DNA of 63,684 nt from Ministeria vibrans ATCC 50519 (Eukaryota; Protista; Filasterea), in NCBI GenBank assembly GCA_943704425.1, contig CALSCP010001670.1, positions 62,001 through 125,684 of the forward strand, read 5' to 3'. Under the pieces are notes generated by a model. It did not search any database. It worked only from the letters and a program-made list of their open reading frames with translations, and had not been told where the DNA came from. The position numbers and the translations under genes were made by a program. Of this stretch, positions 17,101 to 29,101 are shown piece after piece (position 1 is the stretch's first letter; every line of letters starts with the position of its first letter).

Positions 17101-20100
17101 AGGTGGCATGCTCATGGGACGCGCACCACCAAACGTGGAAAAGGCAGCGGCCGCCACGTCGTCGGCAGTCATGTTTGAGCGGCGCAGTGACGTCTGATCG
17201 AGTCCACCCGACGGTGACAGGCCCTCAAGCATCTCGTAGATGGCACGAAAGAGTGAACGGGTGCATGGGTGCTGGCGCAGCTGATTCCCCAACAGACGGA
17301 AACCGTTGTTGCTGGAGAAGCGCTTGCGCAGCGGTACCGGTCCGTTGCGCAAAATCTTGTTGATAATCTTGATGAGGGCAAGGCGCGAGCGCAACGAGCG
17401 ATGGTTGAGCAGCGGCAAGATCATCTCGGGTGGGCACATGGTGTAGAAGGTGTCGGGAAGACGCTCGGAGCGATCGATGACGCTAAAGAGCATCATGATG
17501 ATGTGGGGACGGATGGCCTCCTTGCGTGCAGGGCGCGACACAGGAGGACGTTGGCCACTGACCGTGTCAAGGCGCGAGTCGTCGATGATGTGTGCGGCCG
17601 TGTTGAGCTGCGCACGAATGGTGGAGACACCACCGCTTGCATCGGCGGGCGCCGCAGTTGAAGCAGCGGCACTGGTGAGCGACGACAGCGAAAAGCCCGA
17701 TGTGGTTCGTCCACGACTGTCTGTTCCGACCTTGACCGTGCCATCGCCAGCAAGGTCTTGGTCGAGGGTACTCGCCGAGACAGGAAAGCGCAGGCGACGA
17801 CGGACGTTGCTCCGGGAGCGAGGGTGACGCGATGATGACGACAACGGCGCACTGCCAGACATGATCGAGTCAGCGTCGCCATCGCCGTCCGTGCCACCAC
17901 CATCCGTGGTTGTTGCTGATTCGCTGCCGTAACCACTCGAATTGACTGTGGTGCTGCGACGGAATAACGCGGTGAAACGCTGCTGGCGGCTGGGCGCCAC
18001 CTGCATAACGGCCTCGTGAGTTGGGTGTGTCGCCACAATAAAATCGAGCAAGTGCTGAATCTCGTCCATGAGCGGCTCGGGGTCGGCGACAAGCGTAAAG
18101 AGGAGTCGTCGAAAGTGAGAGCAGGTGGCGGTGGTGAAGGTGGTAAAGCTGCGGAACATGTGCAACAGGGTACTGGTGACCTTTATGCGACGGAACACGT
18201 CGCGATTGTACTTGGCAAAGACGGACGTGCCGCTGACACAGTCAGCCAGGCAGCGCGCCAGCATTACGCGAACGGGTGCAGTTGCGCGTCGCCAGATGCG
18301 CCAATCAAGCAAGTAGTCTTTCAACTATAAAAATATAAAAAGACATAATAATTATTAATTTATTATTTTAATTATAATTATTATGGTATTGGTGAGTTTT
18401 TTTTTTTTTTTTTTTCCTTACTGCGTCAATGTCGCGCACATAGGCAGTGTCGTAGGTGATAAAAGGAGTGTACTTGTCGTCGTTAGGACGCACACCGCCA
18501 AAGGCAGCGTCAAAAGCGGCATGAAGAAGAAGAAAGCCAGGCACACAGCGCGGAGTGCGCAGAGAGGCAGCGAGGAGCGCCTGTGCATTGATCGCCGAGG
18601 CGTCGCGGCGGTTCTTGGCCGAGGCGAGTGTGCTTGCGTGAATGATGCGGATGATGGCAGACTGAACACGTTCACGAGGCAACGACGCCGCCTCGAGGTA
18701 GACGAGCGCGCCAATGCCGCTGCAGTCAAAGAGACGCTGTGCCAAATCGCTGCGCTCGACAATGCGTACGGGAGATTGCAAAGACGCCGCCGCAAACGTG
18801 CGATTGTTGGAGGTGGCCGCTGTGAGAGGCGCTGCTGCGTCGGCCGATTCGGGGGCAGCATTTGCAGCGGACTGAATGAGCATGAGTACCCCACCGCTGA
18901 CACGGGGCGTGACACAGCAGAGCAGACGATCTAGCAGGTGCTGCAGCGTGATGCCCGCTGTGGGCGACAGCCAGCTGTGCAGTTCAACACCGTGCTCCAT
19001 GACCGCCTTCTCATCGACGGCGGCAAGCATGCAGTAGCGCGAAATGTCGTCGTAGAGGACGGCCGGAGGCGCAACGGGCCCACAGGCGCGCAAGAGAAAG
19101 ATGTCGCGTGGCGACAAAATGCACTCGTCAAAGACCATAAAGCTGCTGAGATCCCACGCAACATCACCAAATACACCAAGACCTGTGTCGGTTGCGACCG
19201 CGTCTGCAGCAGTCAAGGGAGACGACGACGACGATTGTGGGGTGACAGCAGCGGCAATCATGGAAAAGGTGTTTCGCATCTTGAGGAGCGACGCAAGTGG
19301 CGATTGTTCGGAAGGACGACGATTGCGAGCGGCGGCAGCAGCGGCTGATGCCGCTGCTGCCGAGGCCACCATGCCCACACCACCGACGGAGAAGTGCACA
19401 TGGGTGATGCTTGTCGTGGGGTAATGAAGAATTTGCGACCCGAGACATGCACTGTCGACGTAGAGGGAGAGCGGCGTGGTCGCCGAGAGGTAACCGGTGA
19501 CAGCCATGGGACGAATGATGCGTGCGGCGTGGGTGATGACGACGTGGTGCCAAATGCCGTTGCTGAGAGCATTAGGAAATACAACGGTGCTTGTGGTACC
19601 GTTAGGCGACGCGTGTTTGTCGACGTTGCGACCCGTGAGGTGTTCGCGGGTCTGCACAATGATGGCCTGGTCAGATACACGGAAGAAGACGGCAATGGAC
19701 AGGCCGCGTTTCGAGTACATGTTGACGATGCGCGCAAGACCCGTGCGCTGGGCGCGTAACAGCCGCATGCAGACCCACATGGAGATGGAATAGCCACGTC
19801 GGTCGGGTGGGAACGACGTTGAGTCGGTCAGCGAGAAGCGTAGACCGCCGTCATAGGTGGACGACGGTGCGCTCGCGTGTGACGGCGTCTCGGCTGTAGA
19901 CGATGTTCCCTGTTGATACCGCGTTGGACTGCCACCTGCAAGCCGACCGGTCGAAAAGGAGCGAACGAGGGAGGGATGGTGATCTGGGTGCTGCTGTTGT
20001 TGCTGCTGTGACCCTAGCTGATTATACGGCTGCTGCGAAGTCTGAGCGTTGTTCGCCATGGCGGCAGAGAAGGCAGCCGCCGCCTCGTCCATGTAGCTAC

Positions 20101-23100
20101 CCACAAAAAAGGTGTCGCCAGGCTGGACCACGGCAGGCGTTGTGGGCACGGAGAAGGACGCATCAAATTTGAGGGGTACCGGGGTGATGGGCGAGGTTGG
20201 GATTACGGTGCGCACGTTGGAGCGTTCGGGAGAGTCTTCGGGAACAGACTGAAGCACAATCGAGGGTGAACCATTGCCACCAGAAGAGTTGTTGTTATTA
20301 TTGTTGTTGTTGTTGTTGGGAACGCGCACGGCAACAGCCTTGCTTGGACGCGACTCAAAATGAGCCCAACGCTCGGGACGAGCGTGTACCTGCTTGGACT
20401 GGGTTGCGACCATCTCGACGAGCGACTCGGGATGCGAAGGGTCACGCAGGAGGGCCAAAAAGCAGTGCAACTCTTCGCTGGACACTGAATGACGCATAAG
20501 CAGAACGAGCGGGTGGCAGAGGGCGGCGTGGATAGGATGCGAGCCATCGAGAAGCGGTTCGCGATACCAGCTGAGGAGACCACCGACGAGGCCGTGCGTG
20601 CACAGTGACGCACGACTGCTACGGTTCGCGCGCACAATACTAGTGACTTCACCCAGCGTAAGCAACGTCACACAGTCGTGCATGTTGCGGTCAACGGCGT
20701 GGCGACCGGGGGCCGTGCGTCCCCCGAATGCACTGTGCGACAGGGACTTGGAGAGTCCCGACGATGCGCCCGAGGCGCTCGTGTTTGTCGGCGCTGTTGA
20801 GACACCCGAGGTGCTAGCGCCACCTGAGACGGACGCGACAAGAGTGCTGGAGGAGCGACCCGAGCCACCCGAGTAGATGGAGGGCGACAGTTGAGGCGGA
20901 GCGTGGCTAGACTGCGCATTCAAGTGCGCATTGAGAAGGGTCGAGCGTCGCGCTGGCTTGGCGGGGGCGTAGGGAGCGGCGCAGAGACGCACAGCGAGTG
21001 TGACGGCTTCGGGACGGGCAATGCGGACCTGCGCAGAGCAGCCGTCGCACTCGGGCACGTCAAAGGGACGCTCGCCAGCGGACATTGCTGAAAGGCAGAA
21101 GCGCGGGAAATGGTGATGGGCCAGGTCTCGTTCAATGGGTGCCATGACTGAGTCAAAAAGAGTCGCCTCGGCAAACGGTAGACGACCAACAATGTCGCCA
21201 AGGGCGCTCTTGGAGCAGGCACGCGACAGACGCAATCGGTGAAGCAAAAGCGACGCGAGTTCGGGACGGAGACCGGCAGAGCGCGTCGACACACTTGTGG
21301 TCACCATGAAGCGCCAGAGACGCCAAAGTGACAGCAAGTGGTCCAACGAAGAGCTTGCAAGGTAACGAGCAAAGGCAGTGCGCACTGCGGACACTTGCAT
21401 GGCGTGAGGGAACTCGCGAGCAATCTCAAGACAATCGGACGGGTAGAGATGGTCGTCGACGCCCTCATGGTCATCGTGCTCGTTAGTGTGACCGTCGCCG
21501 TCGTCGCTATGGCTCTCATTATCGTGGCTCGGGGTGTCCTCTTCGTTGATGGTTGTGGTGTCGTCGTTGGCCGCAGCAGAGGCGGGCGTCTTTTCGCGCT
21601 TGACCTTAGACATACGATATGTCTTGTGGCGACGGCGAGAAGGAGAGGCAGTCGTATCGTCAGTCGCGCCACCAGCAGAACCGCCTCCAGCGCTGCCAGT
21701 TGCACTCGACGAAGCGGTAGCACGACGACGACGTTGAATGTTAGCAACGGACAGACGCAGGCGAGATGGGAGCACAACCGAGCCGTCTCGGTCGATCCTA
21801 CGATGCTCGAGGCAGCGTGCCGGCCATGCGCCATTGATGGAGAGCTCCAAGAGTGCTTCGGTAATGTCTAGGCCAAGTGGCGTGTCGATGAGTTGGGCAG
21901 CCTCAAGCGGACGTTGTAGTGCGCCTATGCCGCCGGCGTCGCTGAGGTGTGCCTCACAGGTGGGGTCGGCCGAAGCAACACAGGCGGCCACGGTGCGCAC
22001 CAGAGAGCACATACAGAGGCGACGAAGACGCGTAAAGAGTTCGCTTTGGCTGGTGTTGTGTACGAGGGCGTCGGAGAGACGCCCTAGCAGAGTAAACGAC
22101 CAGACGATGCCGCCATCGGAAGCAAAAGGCGCCGCCGCCTTGGAATTGGCGCGCATGATGCGCCGAAGCGATGCCAAGATGGCAATACGAGTTTCGAGCG
22201 AGTCTTGCACCGAGTCGACCGATTCGGCAAACTGACGCAAGATGGCCAAGAGCTGAGCGCTCACGTGAGGAACAGTGACGCTCTGCTGAAGTGTACCGGC
22301 ACACGCTTCGATGCAGCGCAGCACGGGTGGGCGCAGCAGAGGGTCCAACAAAAGCGACTGTAGATTTTGCAGGCCACCATGTTCGTGGAAGAAGAGACGA
22401 GCCCCGTCGTTGATGGAGAGCAGACGACGCAAGAGTAGGAGGACGCGCTGGAGGAACACGTAGCGCAGAGGTGAGCGTGTGCTGTCGTCATTTACAGTGT
22501 TGATGAGTTGTTGCGTGTGTTGGTCGTGCACCAACGCGTGTTCAGGCTGAGACTGACTCTGTCCCGTTGTGGTGTTGATTCCCGATGACGATCGTGCGCT
22601 GCCGGTGTCACTGAGAAAGTTCTCGTCGGGTTCGGATTCGTCGTCGTCGCCGAGATCGCCGGGAGGGACGTCCCGCGAGCGTTTGCGACGACGATGACGC
22701 GACGAAGTATTGCTGCTGCTACCCGAAGACTGACGGCGTCGGTGCGCAAGCGAACGACGCATGGAGGTGGAGAGACTCGAGGGACGGGCTACACCGCCAT
22801 TGCCACCTGTGCTGTTCCCGTTGCCACCGCCACTACTGCTGCACATCCACAAGGCGCGATGGGGAGGGCAGGCAAGGTCGACGACCTCGTTGAAGTGCAA
22901 GTGAAGGGGTGCACAAACACGTTGCATGAGGAAATTGGTAAGACCACAGGCGTGCAGCTGGAGCGCAAGGCGTTGGAGAGATGCAGTGGGTGCAGTCGAG
23001 GAGGTGAGCAGACGCGCAAGGGCGTGTTCGGCAACGCGCAAGGCGGCACGCAGGTCGCCCGAGTGAAGCTGTTCGCAGTAGTTGGTGATGGCTGCGGCGT

Positions 23101-24967
23101 CGGCAGTGCCATCCAGGAAGCGACGGGCAAAAAGGTCGAGTACGGTCGTCTGAACGGTCTCGTGGCGGAGATGAAGCAATTCAAAGAGGACAGTGAAGAC
23201 GGGTACACTTGACGAGTTGAGACGGTCTAGATTGCTCGGATGCACATCGAGGCAACGCGAAATGATGGAAACAACAAGCAATTGAGTGCGCATATGGCGA
23301 CTTACATGGAAGACGCGAAGGAGACCCTGAATAGCAAGTGGGGATCGCACCAGCAGTTGAGGTTGGGCCGGCTTGTGGTGTCGCGCCGACGAGGAGAAAG
23401 GAGAGGAGAAAGAGGAGGAGGAGGAGGAGGAGGCATCGACACGAGGATCCATATGAAAAACATGGTCAGACCAGTGCGCGGTAGAGGCTGTGACGGACTC
23501 GGCAGCGTTAGCAGAGGGAATTGCGTTGTCGGCAATGGTGCGGTCCAAGTCAACGTCGGCTGTGTCGTCGTCGTCGTCGTCGTCGTCGCCCCACTTGCCG
23601 ACGGACGAGGCGGTCCAAAGAGCATGCAAAGCAGCAGATACACCCTCGTGACACGTGATGCGGTCCATGTGAAGTGCAGCTGAGCTGAGGGGCTCGAAGG
23701 CACGCTCGGCAACGGTGGCCGCCTCAAAGGGACGCAAACACTGTAGGACACGCAGAAGGAGAGCCACCAGATCGCATGTGTCGGTAAAGAGACGCGATGG
23801 GATGTCGTGGGCGCCGAGGGTCGCAAGCATGTCAAGAAGAGCACCGGCGGTGCCGTACGAAGTGGTGTCTGGGTGGTCGCTGGCGGTGTTGGAGCCGAGG
23901 AGGAGGCGCACATGATCGATGGAGTGAGATGAGGCCAAGATGAGAGTGCCTACGACACGCATGGATGCACGCAGTGCCCACTGAAGGGCTGGGTCACAGG
24001 CGGCACGGGACGCAGCGCGTAGACGGAGGGCGCCCGTGGCGAGCAAAAGGGGTTCGAGACGAGTGCGCGACGGAGCATGGGCGCGCACTGAGTCGGCCAC
24101 GCAGAAGGAGGCGCCGCGCACTCGTCCGGCCACGAGTGTCGCGTCGTTGTAGAAGTCTTCTTCTTCATCATCGTCGTGGTCAATTTCGCCGTCGCTGAAG
24201 GAGTGGTCAGTGATCTGACTGTCGTTGGAGAGGACGCTGCTCGAGCGGTCGGGACGCACCACCGTGTGTTGCGGATGCGTTGCCGATGGGTGTGCCGAGC
24301 TGGCTTTAGCGGTAGCGTGGGCCTCGAGGAAGGCAAGGGACTGTACGGCGTCGTGAACAACGGACAGAAGACGAGCGGTGGTGTCGGACTCGGTGAAGGC
24401 AACGGCAACGGCAGGGTAGGCACAGAGCGAGCTGAGCAACGAGACGAGAAGGGCGGATGATTCGGCGACCGAGAGACCAGACGACGTGTTGACGTGCGGC
24501 GCGAGGTCTGGCACAAGACATGCCTGATGGCCATTGTGTTGCTGAGACTGTAGCTGTTCTTGTAGAACGGAGGCGAGGGGAGCGAGAGGTGGAAGGGCGT
24601 CAACTTGACACGGTCCGAAAAACCGGATGGAACTGTCGAGCAAGGTGGAGGAGTCGTCGCGGATTCGTTGGGGCCAGAGTAGACAGTGGTGCAGTACGGT
24701 GGCGAGAACTAGAGCAAGCTCGGAGAGGAGGGAAGCGCAAGCAGACGAGCGGCGTCGCGCAAGAGTGTTACACGCAACAAGCACTCGCGTGGTGGTCGAC
24801 GACGAGGCACGCGACACGACCTGCGCCGCGCTTGACGCCTCGGCAAAGGTCTCAATGAGCTCCTGAGCGAGCGACGTGAGGATGGCGTTGGCGAGGGGAT
24901 CCGGCAGAAAGCTGTCAATGATATCGTCCAACGCGTCGAGCATTGGCAAGAGGGCCTCGTCGCCGCG
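11185..24967 (-). CDS. LYST: LYST/CHS1-type BEACH protein, ~4400 aa: ARM-like region with RGS-like insert, ConA-like domain, PH-BEACH, BEACH, WD40. True 5' end unresolved.
   Basis: ConA-like GYSISMWV..WHHVVITH, LLDWRIW, WCVDPTEGPGRVRLRL, PH motif [49 protein letters not shown] / YHYGSHYS / DVKELVPEFFY / LHLWIDLIFGHKQRG / YGQTPKQLF, and WD40 repeats. Exons ~24967-18421, 18324-13211, 12968-11369, 11282-11185. Confidence 0.85.
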
Positions 24968-25098
24968 CTAGCAAGGGGAAGCGGGTGAGTCGTAGTCGTG
25001 AGCGAGTGAAGGATGCACACGCAGAAGAGAGACAGAGAGAGAGAGAGAGAGATTTTGCGCAACAGAAAAAAAAAAAAAAAAAAAAAAAAAAAACGTAC

Positions 25099-28000
25099 CT
25101 CATCAATATCCATCTCACATCTTGATCCAGTGTGTCCCAGCGTACACGCACACACAAACTGCGCCGTCTGGTCTGTACACGTACCACCATTCTGACATGG
25201 CATCGACGCACACTACAGAAAAATAACATCAGACAGGCGACTTACACACATGAAATAACTGCTATAATTTTTGGTACCTCATCAACATCTTGAGCACACT
25301 GAGGACCGACGTAACCGGGAGCACAGGCGCACACAAAACCAAGTCCGTCGTTGGAGCAGGTGGCGCCGTTGACACAAGGAGCAGACGAACATGCGTTGAC
25401 GTCGATGGCGCCTACCACCGACGGGGCGCTGAGGGTGCCACAGGCAACGTCCACGCCGCACACCGCCCGCCGTCGACCCGTCGTCGTCGCCGGCTCACTC
25501 GTCAGTGTCCATGATGCTGCACCCGCGCCACTCAGCTCGGTCGTGTACACGCGTCCGTTGACATTGTTCGACACAAGCGTAATGGTGACAGCAACCGGAA
25601 GGCGGAACGACCCCGGCAAGGCGGGCGCCGTAATAGCATACGTGGGCAGCTGCACGGTTCCGTGGGTAGGCGTCGGTGGCAGATTGGTCGTGCGCGTGTC
25701 CACAAACACCGTCACGGGCGCCGTCACCGAATTGGCCGGGAACACCAACCGAAGCTGGCCCGTCACGATGACCACGCCGCTCACGTCAACAATGCCTCCT
25801 GCACGCTCACAGTGCTCCCCAACAAAATTTGCCGGACACACACACGTGTACATGTTGACACCGTCAACACACGAGGCGCCATTGACACACGGGAATGAAT
25901 TGCACTCGTTAATGTTCGTCTCGCACAGCGTACCGGTAAAGCCTGGCACACAACCACACACAAACTGGTTCGGCTGCGGCTCGCTGCACGTTGCGCCATT
26001 CAAACACGGTCGCGAGGCACACTCTCCAATGTCCTGTGAACAGGTCGCACCCGTGTGGCCCGGCACACACGTACACGTAAAGCCACCGGGCGACCCTGTC
26101 ATTGACGTGCACGTCGCGCCGTTCACGCACGGACCGCTCGCACACTCGTTAATGTCGCTCTCGCATTGTGTTCCAGTGTAGCCATTCGGGCACACGCAAA
26201 AGTACAGCCCAATGCTCGTTTGAGCACAGGTCGAACCATGCTGGCACGGCGAACTCGCACACTCGTCAACCGTTGCCTCACATCGTGTGCCCGTGTACCC
26301 CTGCACACACGAACAGATGTACTGGCCCGACACCGGTTCGCTACACGTCGCGCCGTTAAAACACGGCGACGAAAGACACTCGGCAAAATCCTGCTCGCAC
26401 AACACACCGGTGCGTCCCACCGGACACCCACACGCAAACATACCCAGCTGCGGCTGGCTGCACGAACCACCAGCAAAACACGGCTGCGACGCGCACTCGT
26501 CAATGTCCACTTCGCACTGACCGCCCGCAAGACCCGCGGGACACACACAGTGGAAACCTCCCGCCGGCAACTCGGTACAGGTGGCGCCGTTGAGGCACGG
26601 CGAAGAGACACAGTTGAGAACGGGTGTCAGACACTGCGCATCGGTGAAGCCTGCCTTGCACGCACACACAAACATGCCAAGCTGAGGCTCCGAACAGGTG
26701 CCACCGTTGGCACACGGATTAGAGCCACACTCGACCAGGTCCTGCTCGCACTGAGCCCCGGTCAGACCTGCCGGACATACACACAGATATTGACCGGGCA
26801 CCGGCTCGGAGCACACACCGCCGTTGACGCACGGCATTGACGTACACTCGAGGAAGTCCATTTCGCACAAAAGTCCGGTAAATTGTGGCAGACAGTTGCA
26901 CGAAAAGGCACCCGTCACTGGGTCTTGGGCGCAGCCACCCGAATTCTGACACGGCGACGACGCACACCCAAGCACAACCTGATCGCAGGTGTTGCCGGTA
27001 AACATCGCTGTGCACCCACACGTAAACTGGCCGGGTGTCGGCTCGCTGCATGTTCCGCCATTCAGACACGGCTGAGACGCACATTCGGCAAAATCTTGCT
27101 CACAGTGGACACCCGTAAAAGCCGCCGGACAGCTGCACACATACTGAAGGGGAATGCCCGTGAGCGACCCCTCGCACACTCCACCGTTGACGCACGGAGA
27201 CGAATCACAGCCAGTGAGAGCCGTCTCGCACAGCTCGCCCGTGTACCCTGCGGTACATTGGCATGTGACACCCCCCGAGGGATTCGAGCTGCATCCACCG
27301 TCATTCTGGCAGGGTGACGACAAACACGCGCCAATGGGTTGGTCACATAGGGTCCCGGTGAATCCGGTGGCGCACGAGCACTCAAAGGAGCCCACCAACA
27401 GTTCAAGACACGTACCCTGGTTTTGGCACGGCTGCGAGGCACATTCAATCACTTCGAGCTCGCAAAACACACCGGTGTAGCCGTTGAGACAGGCGCACGA
27501 CACGTCGGCTTGAGCATTCTCGCGACAAGACCCGCCATTGGAACACGGCGTGGACGCACAGCCCGTGGGCGCAACACCTGTCGGCTCGACCACCGCCGGA
27601 GCACTGGTGGGCTCGACCATGGGCGCCGCCGCCGTCGTGACCGGACTGGGCGATACCGGACATGCGTTGGGCATGCGACGTGTCGGCGCTGCAAGCTCAA
27701 ACGAGACGCTACCGTTGGTGGGATTCACACATCGCTGGACACTCGTTGTAAGTGTCTCGGCCACGTTCACCATCACGGCACCCGGAAGGGCATCAAAAAG
27801 AGCGCTCGTTTGCTGCTGACTGGCTGTCGAGGCACCCGTGACGGTGTACACAAGCACATCCAAAAGATTGAGTTCCGACACGGGCGCGCCCACCGGATAG
27901 AAAGAAGACGGACTCTGATAGAGGACGACCGCGGCAGACTCCGGCAACGAGTCACTCACAATAGTCGCTTCGCGCGTGCCGGAAATACCGACAACAGCAA

Positions 28001-29066
28001 AACCCGCACTGTCCGTCGTGGTGCCCTGCAGGTCAGTCGATGACACGACAAGCCCTGTTGCACCACTGTACACCACGAGCGAGAGACCATTCATGGTCGC
28101 ATCCCCACTCGTGCTCACCAGCTCGACAAATTTGCCGTCGGCGGGGTTCACAAGTGCATCAATCTCATTCAGGAAAATCGTCTGAATCTGTCGACAGTAA
28201 GCGGCATTGGGCACACCAGGAGTCACCTGGTCCGCCTGTGTGGCCGACCAGGTGAGCTGATCCAGACGAAGTTGGCCACAACGCGCAAGAGAAACATCCC
28301 CATTCGTCTGCGTGGGCAACTCCACCAGGCTTTGCGACGGCACAAGGGTCTGCAACAGTCCGGCAACACCGCCCGCGAGCGAAGTCGTCGACGAAGGACC
28401 AATCACCACCGCATCGTACAGATTGGTGGCCGTAACCAGCGTACCCTTTGGGAAACCACTAGGCGCACTGCGGTAGATGGCAATGGCCCCTGGCGAAGGA
28501 ATCGAGCTAAAAGGCAGCGCCACATTGACAAGGGGTGCCGAGGAGAACCCCTGCCCAAATGACACAAGACCGGCGGACGCGTCGGTGCGATAGGACGACA
28601 GGTCAAAGGGTTCCGAAACAGCTTCGCCCATAGCATTGTACACGACAACAATGTAGCCAGCAAGTGAGAAGTTGCGCGCCTCGGGCGTCGACGAAATCTC
28701 CATGAGCGTCATACCCGATGAGAACACCAGCTCGTTCAGCATAACGCCAGGACACACATTGAGGGCGCCCGGTGTGGGAAGGCTCACGTGAATCGACGAT
28801 TGGTCGAGCGCAACAAAGACACAGCGGCTCATCGACTGAACATCACCACGTAAATTTCGGCCCTCCGACACGACCTGCTGGCCGGGTAGCAGCGCTGACA
28901 AAAGCAAACTCGTCTGAGCGCCATTTGTGCCCGTCGTGTCATACACGACCGCATCTAGAAGGATCACATCCGACGCCACGCTTCCTCGCGACGCCTCTGA
29001 CGGTGGCGCCACTCCCGAGTATAGGGCAATTGCTCCTACGCACAAACAAACAATTATTAACAACAC

Positions 29067-29101
<35 letters not shown>

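Noticed and set aside
24709-25098. Read-through of the last EGF exon giving a poly-Phe 'transmembrane' segment
   Set aside because: The hydrophobic stretch is a translated intronic poly(T) directly after a canonical GTACGT donor.
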